From Octopus sinensis (Eukaryota): a stretch of 64,000 nt of DNA. How positions within the stretch are numbered: the first letter of the stretch is position 1; the number at the start of each line of letters is the position of its first letter. The notes under the pieces are model-generated. The model was not told the DNA's origin and ran no database searches. It saw nothing but the letters and a program-made list of their open reading frames with translations. The stretch spans positions 53,134,001 through 53,198,000 of the forward strand of contig NC_042999.1 of NCBI RefSeq assembly GCF_006345805.1, given 5' to 3'. Below, piece by piece: positions 1 to 11,699 of this stretch. Both the position numbers and the translations under genes were made by a program.

Positions 1-65
1 GTAATATACATACATATACACATGTATACACATACATACATACATACACACGTATATATATATTT

Positions 66-103
<38 letters not shown>

Positions 104-147
104 TATATATAGGTATATATATACATATATATATATATGTATATAGG

Positions 148-179
<32 letters not shown>

Positions 180-235
180 ATATATGTATATATATGTTAT
201 ATATATATATATATGTATATACATATATATATATG

Positions 236-303
<68 letters not shown>

Positions 304-305
304 AT
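1..305. repeat. (TA)n microsatellite
   Basis: Interrupted TA dinucleotide array; the IYIYIY ORFs are its translation. Confidence 0.97.
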
Positions 306-852
306 ATCGATATTAATAATACAATAATTGTTTCTTGTCAGGAACAAAAAGGTTAACAGGACTGCTATAGAAGTGCTCTATTGGAAGAGACAGAAATATC
401 AAACTAAAATCATTGAACAAACAAATACAAGGTCATCCGCATATCATTTCATAATTCGAGCATTTAATTATAGAATAAACATATAACCCACAAGATGGAA
501 CAAAATTCATCTGTATAGCACACAATAATAATAATAATAATAATATGGTGCGAGAAAAATTCTTATCATTAAAAATTTATATTTAATGTTTTAGCGTTTC
601 AAAGAAAATACATTGATAAAGGACGTAGAAAGTAAAGTATAATATAAGTAATATATAAAAAATATATAGGTATATAAAATATAGGTATATAAAAATATAT
701 AAAACATATATATATACATATAGGCGCATATAAAAAAATATATAATATATAACATGTAAATAAAGTAAAATAAGGTTCATCGTTTAGACATTTTATTAAA
801 TAAATAATTCAGGTAAAATAAGCCTTATAGTTGAGAAGGAAATCATGTTTAC

Positions 853-935
853 TTATCCCTATGGCCATTTCAGGGGTGTATTATGTTTAAAGCACTAGGG
901 TGCATTCAGATAATACCTCCTTCGTCAGGGGAAAA
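853..935 (-). ncRNA. Type I hammerhead ribozyme, intact core
   Basis: Minus strand: UCCC-CUGACGA-stem II (AGGAGGUAUUAU...AUAAUACACCCCU)-GAAA-UGGCCA-UA-GGGA; palindromic stem III, AUA cleavage triplet, stem I UCCC/GGGA. Confidence 0.8.
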
Positions 936-1102
936 ACATATATATATAAACACAAAGATAGACATCACGCACCAAGCCCGTACGGTGTTGTTTGCATTCC
1001 CACTATGGTATTCATGCTCGGATATATATATATATATGAAATTAACGGAATGCGACAAAAATCCAAGGCTAGGAAAGATTTCAGAACATTTATAAAGAGA
1101 AG

Positions 1103-1150
1103 GTCTTACACCAGTTTCCGGGATATTTTATATTTCCCTTCATCGGAAAC
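1103..1150 (-). ncRNA. HHR-like motif, CCGAUGA core variant
   Basis: GUUU-CCGAUGA-AGGGAAAUAUAAAAUAUCCCG-GAAA-CUGGUG-UA-AGAC. Confidence 0.5.
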
Positions 1151-1419
1151 GGTGCGATAAGATGGTCAATCAATAGTTATTCTAGGGAAGGTATGAAATA
1201 GAGAATGACGTGGAGGAATGAAAACAGGCGTGAGATATGCAGGGATATTGTATCTGCAGTTCCATTATTTAAGCAGAGGAAACAAATGTATACAATTTTG
1301 CTTAAATAATGGAACTACAGATACAATATCCCTGCATATCTCACGTCTTCATTCTTCCACTTCACTCTCTATTTCATATTTTCTCTAGAATAACTATTGC
1401 CTAACCATTTTCTCGCACC

Positions 1420-1467
1420 CTCTCCGATGAAGGGAGATATAAAATATCCCCGAAACAGCTGTAAGTC
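1420..1467 (+). ncRNA. HHR-like motif, CCGAUGA core variant
   Basis: CUCU-CCGAUGA-AGGGAGAUAUAAAAUAUCCCC-GAAA-CAGCUG-UA-AGUC; palindromic CAGCUG stem III. Confidence 0.55.
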
Positions 1468-1680
1468 CTTCTCTTTATAAACGTGCTGAAATCTTTCACA
1501 GCCTTGGATTTTTATCTCATTCTGTAAATTTTTTATATATATGCATGCTGATATATGATCTACGTTGGACTCTTCATTCGCCTAATCACCGAAACTGTAG
1601 CTTAACTATAGTCTGTCCATAGCACTTACTGAACATTACCTGACACTTTTGGGTTTTCTTCACACCTTTACCTCTCATAA

Positions 1681-1753
<73 letters not shown>

Positions 1754-2159
1754 TGTGTGTGTGTGTATGTATGTGTGTGTGTATGTCTGTATATATCACA
1801 AGTTTACAGTATCGACCAGACCATCAGATAGTGTTTTACACCGCTGGTCACAAAGTAGTGACTCTCCACTTACTGTCACACGCATCAAATGAAGGAATCT
1901 ACTAACACGTGGAAATATACAAGTCACTAAAATGTAAGCCTATAGCATTAACGAAATCTTTTCCTCTTTTCTATTTCTTTCTTTGCCTTCCTTTTCCCTC
2001 TAATCATTCTGAAGGTGTTTATTAAATGTAACGTGGTAACAGTAAATTTATTCTCACTTCACAAAACAGAAACAGCTGTAAATGTTTCAAATTCAATTAA
2101 ATAAGGTCTTTTAAACATAAATGATCCACTTCTCATTGTTAATTATTGTTCCATATCTT

Positions 2160-2276
2160 CTCTCTCTCTCTCTCTCTCTCCTTCTCTATGTATATATATA
2201 TATATATATATGTGTGTGTTTGTGTGTGTGTGTGTTCATATCGATATACATATATATGTATATAAATATGTATGTG

Positions 2277-2316
<40 letters not shown>

Positions 2317-2443
2317 TGTATACATACATACATACATACATACATACATACATACATACATACATACATAAATATAAAGTTTTTCAGCATATTGGTATAG
2401 AGAATTTTTTCTTTTGCCCATATTTATAATTGCATATATATAT

Positions 2444-2505
<62 letters not shown>

Positions 2506-2520
2506 GCATATATATATATA
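2160..2520. repeat. Compound microsatellite (TC/TA/TG/CATA)
   Basis: Simple repeat arrays visible directly. Confidence 0.95.
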
Positions 2521-2948
2521 ACCATTATAGGAATACTCCAAATATATGGAAGATCGTATCCCTAGCGACGAATGACGTACATTACAATATAAAAATCAGT
2601 CAACATGGCGACCAAAATAAACAAAAAGCAAAATACGAACGTCAGCTTTGAGCCACGCTAACTAAATAAAGTCGCTTATGTGAGAAGTCTGTTACCTACT
2701 CACCTAAATAGCACCGAAGTAGTTCCTAAACATAGCTATAAACTATTCCTAGCGTTAGAGATTTTGCGGAATGTTAAGATGGAATGATAATGCAACTAAA
2801 TGATAGATAGTGCAGGAGAATAGAGAAGAATGAATGTATGTGGAATGGCAGAAAGCAATTAATTGAATGTCACGCGTTGACGATCAACGGAAAATTATTT
2901 CCTAGCAACTACATTAAAATGGAAAACCCCCAAAACGATAAATACATA

Positions 2949-3003
<55 letters not shown>

Positions 3004-3542
3004 GCCATGCATAGGTGTGTGTGTTTGTGTCTGTGTAAAGAATTATTTAATAATAGATGCTATGTTAAAGCGGATGGGTTAAAATTTGTAAAATTCAGGA
3101 AATTATGTGTAAAAAACAACCAGATCGCAAAACGATCGATAGAACTCACAGAGAACGGATATGATCTGAGCGAACAACTGACATACAACCGATTCATCGA
3201 AAGTGGAGGAGTATATTGGACTCCGGTTGAAAGATGGTATAGGAAGAACATAGTAGGGACGGATGAGAGGGATTTTGATTTTTAGGTATATCGTATTATT
3301 AACAACTATAGTATATCATGTTATGTATAATTATTTCATAGTAGTTGGTTGCACTCTAATGGGAAATTAAAATGTCTAATTATAATGGAGAAGTAAACTC
3401 AGTAAATTGTAATAAATACGGTTAGGTATAAGCACACACATATCTAATAGATATCCGTATTATGGAATATGCACATACATACATACATACATACATGCAT
3501 ACATACATACATGCATACATACATACGTACGTACACACACAG

Positions 3543-3584
<42 letters not shown>

Positions 3585-3587
<3 letters not shown>

Positions 3588-3921
3588 ATGTAGGATAAAA
3601 TTTTTTCGAAAAAAAATTTATCAATGGCCAGCATATTAAAAAATACCTTTAACGGTTAAAATTATAAACAACTTATAAATAAGGGCAAACGAAAAAATTT
3701 CTAATGCCAAATATGCCGAAAATTCAACATATTATCCATAACCATATAATTTTTCACAATACGCACGCTACTCGAAAAAAAAAAAGCCGACAGAAATTTC
3801 TGTCGGCTTTTTTTTCGAGTAGCGTGCGTATTGTGAAAAATTATATGGTTATGGATAATATGTTGAATTTTCGGCATATTTGGCATTAGAAATTTTTTCG
3901 TTTGCCCTGATTTATAAGTTG

Positions 3922-3925
<4 letters not shown>
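3585..3925. mobile_element. Near-perfect ~260-bp palindrome plus 3' tail; same family as 43030-43435
   Basis: Palindrome centred on CAGAAATTTCTG (3791-3802), arms 3664-3925; 3585-3665 is the reverse complement of ~43350-43435. Confidence 0.85.
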
Positions 3926-3956
<31 letters not shown>

Positions 3957-4628
3957 TTTGCATGCTAGAACCCCATAATTATTCTACTCTCAGTTAGTCT
4001 ATTGATATACTACAAGAGAGTACTACAAGCCAGGAGGACTTCAGTATATGTAGTAGGACTAAACCCCTGAGGAGACACAAACTGCATTAATGGATGCATC
4101 TCAACTAGATTCGCAACATCCTAACCGTAAGGGACAGCTGCAGTTTGTTGTTGTTGTTGTTGTTGTTGTTGTGTTGTTGTTGTTGTTGTTATTGTCATAA
4201 AAGAAAGCAAAAACTATGTTAAATACAAATACCCAACTTCTGGATGAAACAATAATTTCTTTCGCCATGTTACACGCTGAACACAAGACTGTTTGTCAGT
4301 TGTCTTTGAGCAGATGACGTTTAAACAAGAAGTATGGTTAAAGAAAAAGACAGGAAGGAATACAAAGGGGAGATGGTCAACATTACCATAATTCGATGTT
4401 AGTTTACAGTGTGTCCGGTGGTTTTCGCCTTGTTTAAACGTCATCTGCATAAAAAAAAACAAAAATAAAACTGTCAAACGGTTTTCTTCTCAGCTTGGAA
4501 AATGGCGAAAATAATATTTCGACCAGGAAGATATGTAGATTTTATTATAACACTACTTTCACTCTTTTAGCTGATCGAGTGCTGTTCTAATAGTTGAAGT
4601 TTTACCACAAAATACATATACATATAAG

Positions 4629-5174
4629 CAGTAATCACTCGTCATATCGCGGCCTCAGTACATCGCAGATTTTTCTGGCTGTAAATTTACATCGCCGACT
4701 CCTCTGTATACAGCGGGTATTTGCGGCCGATAGGTCTTTATATTTTTTTAGATTTTAATTATTTCTATTGTGAAATAAGTATTTTCACATCTAAAACTTA
4801 ATAAATTAAAATACAGTGCAGCACTGCTCTGCATAACACATTAATTGAAGCTTTTTTTTTAAATACATAGTGTACTGTACATGAGTTAACAAAGAATCGT
4901 ACATATTTTATGGAAAACGGAACTCGGGATGTGTGGTGTTATTTTCTGATTGTGTGGAGTTATTTTGCCTATGTGTGTGAATTTATTTCAAGCCCTGCGA
5001 TGTCCACCAAACGTTCTTTACCTTCTAAACCTTCTGGTAGTGGAACCAAGGGCCAGACGAGGATGATTATTAAAAAAAAAAACCTATACAGTACAGTACT
5101 GCTTCTACTCCGAGGATTTCACATATCGGATGCGGTTTTGGAACGTAACACCCGCGATTGTCGAGTGATTACTG
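4629..5174 (+). mobile_element. Tigger/pogo-type MITE retaining the transposase N-terminus
   Basis: TIRs CAGTAATCACTCGTCATATCGCGG / CCCGCGATTGTCGAGTGATTACTG; internal MSTKRSLPSKPSGSGTKGQTRMI resembles the start of Tigger transposases. Confidence 0.7.
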
Positions 5175-5580
5175 TCTACACTCACACACCATACACCATC
5201 GCGCGCGCACGCACACACACACACATACATACATATATTGTTACGAAGGAGAAATAACGTTGATGATTGCTGTATTAAACTGAAACAGTCTGCACATTTT
5301 TCTTTGATTTGTGCGTCTTGCCTGTAAGGTGGACGATTTCAACTGGTAAAGGAACGCGCAGTACCATTTAGTGACGAAAAGATTGCGGAGTGTAAAGATG
5401 ACAGCATAAACAAACAGTAAAAAAAGACAATCAGTGTGAAGTTGAGTTCGGAACAGTAAGTAAATCATGCTAACACTTACACAAATATTAATTCCCACTG
5501 CATTGTGCGAAAGTACATTTATATGCGTGTAGGAACGTCGACAGTCTTTCAGAAATTCTAATCAATCTCATTTGTCCACA

Positions 5581-5584
<4 letters not shown>

Positions 5585-5631
<47 letters not shown>

Positions 5632-5683
5632 TATATATATATATATATATAATATGTATATATATGTATACATATATATATAT

Positions 5684-5720
<37 letters not shown>

Positions 5721-5726
5721 GTATAC

Positions 5727-5804
<78 letters not shown>

Positions 5805-5807
5805 TAT

Positions 5808-5855
<48 letters not shown>

Positions 5856-5889
5856 ATATAAATAGAGAGAGAGAAAGAGAGAGAGAGAA

Positions 5890-5925
<36 letters not shown>
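5585..5925. repeat. (TA)n + (GA)n microsatellite
   Basis: Simple repeat arrays. Confidence 0.95.
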
Positions 5926-6125
5926 TCTGTGTTTGTCTTCCCACCATTGCTTGACAGCCGATGATGGAGTGTTTACGTCCCAGTAACTTAGTGGTTAGTC
6001 AAAAGAGACCGATTGAATAAGAATACTTACAGACTTACAAAAAATACGTCCTGGGATCGATTTGTTCGACTAAAGGAGGTGCTCCAGCATGGCCGCAGTC
6101 AAATGACTGAGACAAGTAAATGAAC
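5925..6125 (+). mobile_element. SINE family A, 3' half
   Basis: GTTTACGTCC..GTAACTTAG and GGTGCTCCAGCATGGCCGCAGTCAAATGACTGA tail shared with other family A copies. Confidence 0.85.
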
Positions 6126-6150
6126 AAAAAGACTAAAAGAATGGAAAGTA

Positions 6151-6408
6151 TATTGGCTTGAAGCATAATTATTGCGGCTTTTTTTTTTTTCAACAAATTT
6201 TATTCAACTAAAACAATAACAACATGTAAGAAAAACATCTTTAAATGATTATTTCCGAGTATATTCACCATCTACTTCAATTACTGCTTCCCATTTGCTT
6301 GGTAGATGGTCAGACTGTCATTTAAAGATGTTTTTGTTAAATACTATTTTTGTTTTGTTGAAGACAATGTGTTGAAAAAACCCGCAATAATTAAGCACCA
6401 ACTCAATA
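6151..6408. mobile_element. Mariner-derived MITE
   Basis: TIRs TATTGGCTTGAAGCATAATTATTGCGG / CCGCAATAATTAAGCACCAACTCAATA with terminal TA; resembles mariner (MADE1-like) ends. Confidence 0.75.
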
Positions 6409-6707
6409 TGGTAAACTATTCCTCATAATCTGCAAATCCGTTATTATTCCCAGGCACAAATATCGTCAGCAAGAAATATAAGAACAATTTTGCTGCTTGG
6501 AAGTGATTTGAAATCTTATTTGAAATTTTCCTCAAATTATTTCTAAGCAACTTAACAAATGAAGACCATGATTCAGGATATATCATTTTTTATACGGAAA
6601 AAAATTTGACAGTAATAGATAAAATAATTATGATCAAGATTCTGCGGAGTTATACTTGTCCGGCAATCACAGTTTTAGGAATTCCTTCTCTACTATTTAT
6701 ATTCGTG

Positions 6708-7085
6708 GTCCTCCGTCAGTTACGACGACGTGGATTCCAGTTGATCCGATCAACGTAACAGCCTGCTCGTGAAATGAACGGCAAGTGGCACAGCACTCCA
6801 GAGACACGTGTACCATTAAAGGTAGTTATCGGGAAGATTCAGCGTGACACAGTGTGTGACAAGACTGTCTGTTTGAAATACAGGTACAACAGAAACAGGA
6901 AGAAATGTGACAGAATGTTGTGGTGAAGGAGTAGAGCAGCGTTCGCCACCACCTCCTGCCGGAGCCTCGTGGATCTGTAGGTATTTTGGCGCAATAGACA
7001 CTCACAACACCCGATCATGGAATCGAAACCGCAATCCCACGACCGCGAGTCTGCTGCCCTAACCACTGGGCCATTGTACTCCCAC
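6708..7085 (-). mobile_element. SINE family C (tRNA-derived)
   Basis: Minus-strand head GGCCCAGTGGTTAGGGCAGC...GGTTTCGATTCC (A/B boxes); homologous to 59660-60033. Confidence 0.85.
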
Positions 7086-7427
7086 ACTATTTATATAATG
7101 GGAAACACCTAACTCGTATCCATGATGCTGTTATGAACATTATACAACAATGCTGCTGAGTATACAAATAATCCTGTTTGTCAGGAAACCAATCGTTCAA
7201 TAGATAGGCACTGCGTGTATATATGTAAAATTACACAAAAACACACAAATATTTGTATAAAATATGTGTAGAGGAATTGCTACGCCTGTCTCTATATACA
7301 GAGTGAGTTTAGTCCATGTATGCGTACTTTTGTAGTTTCTAGTTTGTTTAATGGTAAATGTCAATGTTGGCTTTTCAGATTTCCGAAGGAACAGTTTATA
7401 TATCAGTCAAGGCTTTCACCTTTTCTT

Positions 7428-7485
7428 CATTTACACTGTTTCAAGTTGTACCACTTCTATACGCCATCAACACTTCTTCAGAATA
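7428..7485 (-). ncRNA. Type I hammerhead ribozyme, intact core
   Basis: UAUU-CUGAAGA-AGUGUUG...CAACUU-GAAA-CAGUG-UA-AAUG; GUA cleavage triplet; stem II has one bulge. Confidence 0.6.
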
Positions 7486-7552
7486 TGCATATGCACACAC
7501 ATATACATATATGTGTGTCTGTGTATGTGTGTGTGCTTGCTGTGGGGGCGGG

Positions 7553-7623
<71 letters not shown>

Positions 7624-7819
7624 AGTCAGAAAGTTATGAGTTTCTAACTTATTACTAAATGATCGGAGCATGATTAATTGCATTATGATACAAACCTACT
7701 CTAATTTTCCGCGTATTGTCAGCTCTATTTTTAATGTAAATGCCCACTTCTTATAAGCAAATATAATCGAATGTATTTGTAAATGGTAACATTTTCTCTA
7801 GACAAACCTCGATGCTTCT

Positions 7820-7854
<35 letters not shown>

Positions 7855-7891
7855 TTTTTTTTACCATATATATATATATATATATATATAT

Positions 7892-8214
7892 AGGCGCAGG
7901 AGTGACTGTGTGGTAAGTAGCTTGCTTAACAACCACATGGTTCCGGGTTCAGTCCAACTGCGTGGCACCTTGGGCAAGTGTCTTCTACTAGATAGATATA
8001 TATATATTTGTGTGTCTGTGTTTGTCCCCACAACATCGCTTAACAACCGATGCTGGTGCGTTTACGTCACCGTAACTTAGCGGTTCGGCAAAAAAACCGA
8101 TAAAATAAATACTAGGCTTACAAAGAATAAGTCCTGGGGACGAGTTGCTCGACTAAAGGCGGTGCTCCAGCATGACCGCAGTCACATAACTGAAACAAGT
8201 AAAAGAATAAAAGA

Positions 8215-8215
<1 letters not shown>
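7892..8215 (+). mobile_element. SINE family A (internal deletion)
   Basis: AGGCGCAGGAGTGACTGTGTGGTAAG head, GGTTCAGTCC B-box-like motif, family A tail. Confidence 0.9.
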
Positions 8216-8261
<46 letters not shown>

Positions 8262-8609
8262 TATGTATGTATACATTACGGAGATGTACTTGCACAGCAA
8301 TTGACTTGATCTGAGATCGTGTGGTGAAACAAAAACAAGTGCAGCATTGGAGGTGTTTATAAGCCATTTAAAAACATGCAAAACCTTTTAGATTCACTTC
8401 AACATTTAAATTTCATTTGTTAAAAAATATTTTCCTTGTTGAGAAACCGCGACCTGTTCACTGACAAAATTCCGTACTGCACAGAATTTTAACCCGAATT
8501 AAATTTAAATTTTGAAGCAGTCTAACGGTTTTTGTGTGTATCTTGAATGGCTTATAAACGCCTCCCATACTGCAAGTTATTTTGGTGTTATATGTGTGTG
8601 TACACACAA

Positions 8610-8757
8610 GGCGGCAAGCTGGCAGAAACGTTATCACGCTGGGCGAAATGCGTAGCCATATTTCGTCTGCCGTTACGTTCTGTGCTCAAATTCCGCCGAG
8701 GTCGACTTTGCCTTTCATCCTTTTGGGGTCGATAAATTAAGCACCAATCAGCACCAG
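8610..8757 (+). mobile_element. SINE family B (partial)
   Basis: GGCGGCAAGCTGGCAGAAACG head and GGTCGACTTTGCCTTTCATCC...GGGGTCGATAAA central domain. Confidence 0.85.
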
Positions 8758-8771
8758 TCTTGCTAGAAATA

Positions 8772-9282
8772 AGAGTCAAAACAACTCCGTAGCCAAGAAA
8801 AACACTATCTTAATGGGCTGATGAGTGAGACAAGTTCCTTTTGGTTGCAGATGCAGCCAGATCATCGATGAATTTGCGTTTTGATGCTTAATGCATCCTA
8901 ACGCTCATCAGTGCCTATCACAGCGCCTAGGGTTAAACACATCTCGACTTGTCAGCTAATAAGATTTCCGTTGATGTCCTCTGCTGATTTCAATTTTAGT
9001 GGGAGCACTCTCTGAATGAACTGACATGGGAGCCTCCCATTATATTTATAATTTTCACTTTTATCATTTTTGTATTCACCGTATGATCACAAAGGAAATC
9101 TTATAAGCTGACATGGTGACATGTGTTTAACCGTGGGCGTGTTGAGAGCCACCGATGAGCCTTCAGATGCATTAAGTATCCTTACGCAAAATCTTCGATG
9201 ATTTGGCTGTATCTTCGAACATGAGCAACTTGTCAGCCCATTAAGAGAGTGCTTTTGTTGGCTACTGAGTTGTTTTTACTCC
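8772..9282. mobile_element. Fold-back MITE with ~215-bp diverged inverted arms, TA flanks
   Basis: AGAGTCAAAACAACTCCGTAGCCAAG... is the reverse complement of ...TTGGCTACTGAGTTGTTTTTACTCC; homology continues to ~8990/9075; TA at 8770-8771 and 9283-9284. Confidence 0.8.
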
Positions 9283-9382
9283 TATTTTTAGGAATACTGG
9301 TTCTGTTTATTTCCCTTTGTCACTTTACTGACGTATATATTGCTGCCTTTAGAGTGTGAAATTGCGGATTATCCACCCAAAT

Positions 9383-9451
<69 letters not shown>

Positions 9452-9632
9452 AACTGAGAATGTGTATGTGTCTGTATGTCTGTCTGTGTGAATCCCTAAA
9501 ACTTACTGGTTTCACAAGAAGAACCTAACAGAATATGTACCAAGCTTATCAGCATAAAAAAGCACTACGCTCTGCCTCATATTTTTGTTTGCCCACTCAG
9601 TTGTAACTATCAATTTATCTTTGTGTGTATAT

Positions 9633-9685
<53 letters not shown>

Positions 9686-9691
9686 CACACA

Positions 9692-9736
<45 letters not shown>

Positions 9737-9932
9737 ATATGTGTACATTCATATTCATTATATCAAGACAATGTCTTTATGTGTTCGTGTATTATTTATA
9801 CATTCGAAAAATTCCGCACCCATCATATGTGAAATTTGGAACACAAAATCGAAACCTGGGGAGAAGGGTAGGATAATGCTAATAATATTGCCTGAACAGG
9901 ATAAGCTACCCATATTTTGCAGAAAAAAGAGC

Positions 9933-10011
9933 TGGCGGCCGGCTAAGAGATACGAACTCACACCTCCGTGGTTACGCGTCGCCGTGCTCTGCACCATTAA
10001 GCTAAGCCGCC
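9933..10011 (-). pseudogene. tRNA-like sequence (possibly Thr-CGT derived) followed by a T6 run
   Basis: GGCGGCT acceptor 5' strand / GGCCGCC-A 3' strand, A box TAGCTTAATGG, B box GAGTTCGTATC, TTTTTT at 9928-9923; anticodon and T stems pair poorly. Confidence 0.55.
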
Positions 10012-10371
10012 CACACCACAAATTCTTCTGCAAACTTAAAATAGATAGAAATCTCGCTTTATGAGACGCTATCATACGTTAAATTCAAATTACGATGAAC
10101 GTAAACAAAGGAAGTTTGCTTTAGATGCATTGAGATGTCTTAGAAAGTTAAAGAAGTGATTTTAAATTCTCAAACGCAGGATAATGCTAATAATATAGCC
10201 TGAACAGGATAAGCTACCCCTATTTTGCAGAAAAACGTTTTGGTGGCCGGCTAAAATATATTTATATGCATGTATATATTGTTCAAATTTACTGAAAACA
10301 AAAGTCAAAATCACGTGAGGGAACAATAAGCAAGTGCATTAGGTTGACGCACGGGAAGCATGCAAAAGTCT

Positions 10372-10403
10372 TTAAAGTTTTGAGCCTACGGTCTACGACA
10401 GGA
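10372..10403 (-). ncRNA. Degenerate HHR-like motif (family of 34149-34182)
   Basis: CUGUCGUAGACCGUAGGCUCAAAAC; homologous to the 34.1-kb copy with a damaged core. Confidence 0.35.
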
Positions 10404-10444
10404 AGGAATAAGGAGACAAAAATGGAGAGAGAACGAAAAAATTG

Positions 10445-10507
<63 letters not shown>

Positions 10508-10729
10508 TAGGTGTATCTATGGTTTGGGTTTTGTCTGTGAGCTGCTAGAATTTACACATTCATCTTAGTATACATTATAAAACTAATTGAAATGGTGAGA
10601 GGGTCTAACGAGCGACATATTTAAGCAATAACCTGAAGAGGTGTATCCTACACCTGGGATGTAAGATAATGCCTGCACGGCATCTCACCTATGAACTACA
10701 GGTGTGAGAATGCGTCGAAACAATTGTAG

Positions 10730-11315
10730 TGATTTTAAATTGACATACCAAGCCAAGCTATTCTCTCTTGCCTCACACATCCTTCACAGCACACTAATCC
10801 CCGTCCTCTTTCTTTCCTCTTTACATACAAACTTGACATATCACTCTTGGGGTGAACTTCCTTGTTCATTGTCATTAATTTACGTATTCTGCAGTCTATC
10901 TCTTGAAAGTCATTCTTCTTCCAAGATACTATTCCTGCTTCATATCTCATCAAAGCAACCGCCCACGTGTTAATTGCTCTAATCTTATATTGGAGCACAG
11001 GCCGAATTCTCCTCAAATACTCTTCCTTTTACGATTCTTTCATCTTGTGTTCATTCATCTTATCACTTTCATTGATACCCAGGTATTTATATTCCTCCTC
11101 TCTGACTTCCTTTATAGTTTCGCCACATTCCAGCTTGACCCCCATGGCTTTTACTGATTTTCACCCTTTTGAGAATCATTACTCCACATGTCTTATTCAA
11201 AAATTCCATGCCAATATCTTTACTAATCATTTGTACAGTTGCTGTCTAACTCCCAACTTCTTTCTCAGTCTTGGTGATCAGCTTTAGACAATCCACAAAC
11301 CACAAGTTGTTTGTG
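10730..11315 (-). mobile_element. R4/Dong-like LINE fragment (RT end/thumb)
   Basis: EEEYKYLGI...KIRAINTWAVALMRYEAGIVSW...VHPKSDMSSLYVKRKERGRGL, with stops. Confidence 0.8.
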
Positions 11316-11324
11316 TATTATTAT

Positions 11325-11358
11325 CATTATTGTGATTATTATTATTATTGTTATCATT

Positions 11359-11444
<86 letters not shown>

Positions 11445-11460
11445 CATTATTATTATTATT
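11325..11460. repeat. (ATT)n microsatellite
   Basis: Trinucleotide array. Confidence 0.97.
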
Positions 11461-11558
11461 GCCTTTGCGCAGCTTCTAACGCTGGAGATGTACTACAGTG
11501 TCAGCTGTTCACCACCAGTGAACTAAGGTAACACCTCTTATTTTTTGAGCATCTTCCG

Positions 11559-11615
11559 AATAATAATAATAATAATAATAACAATAATAAAATGATAATA
11601 AAAAATAAAAAAAAA

Positions 11616-11668
<53 letters not shown>
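11559..11668. repeat. (AAT)n microsatellite
   Basis: Trinucleotide array. Confidence 0.97.
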
Positions 11669-11671
<3 letters not shown>

Positions 11672-11699
11672 ACTACAATTATTTTCATATACATGCAAT

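Larger units (their letters stand above)
1022..1541. mobile_element. Fold-back element (~250-bp diverged inverted arms, 24-nt spacer) with an HHR-like motif in each arm
   Basis: TCCATTATTTAAGCA (1261-1275) pairs with TGCTTAAATAATGGA (1300-1314), and complementarity continues outward to the TA runs at both ends. Confidence 0.85.

Noticed and set aside
4060-4115. CTGAGGA followed by a hairpin (HHR-like)
   Set aside because: No GAAA and no stem I partner.
8890-9230. CTGATGA/CCGATGA with a long hairpin inside the fold-back MITE arms
   Set aside because: GAAA core incomplete and stem I does not pair; probably coincidental.
10630-10665. CTGAAGA-GGTGTA-TCC-TACACC
   Set aside because: Good stem II, but no GAAA or cleavage triplet follows.
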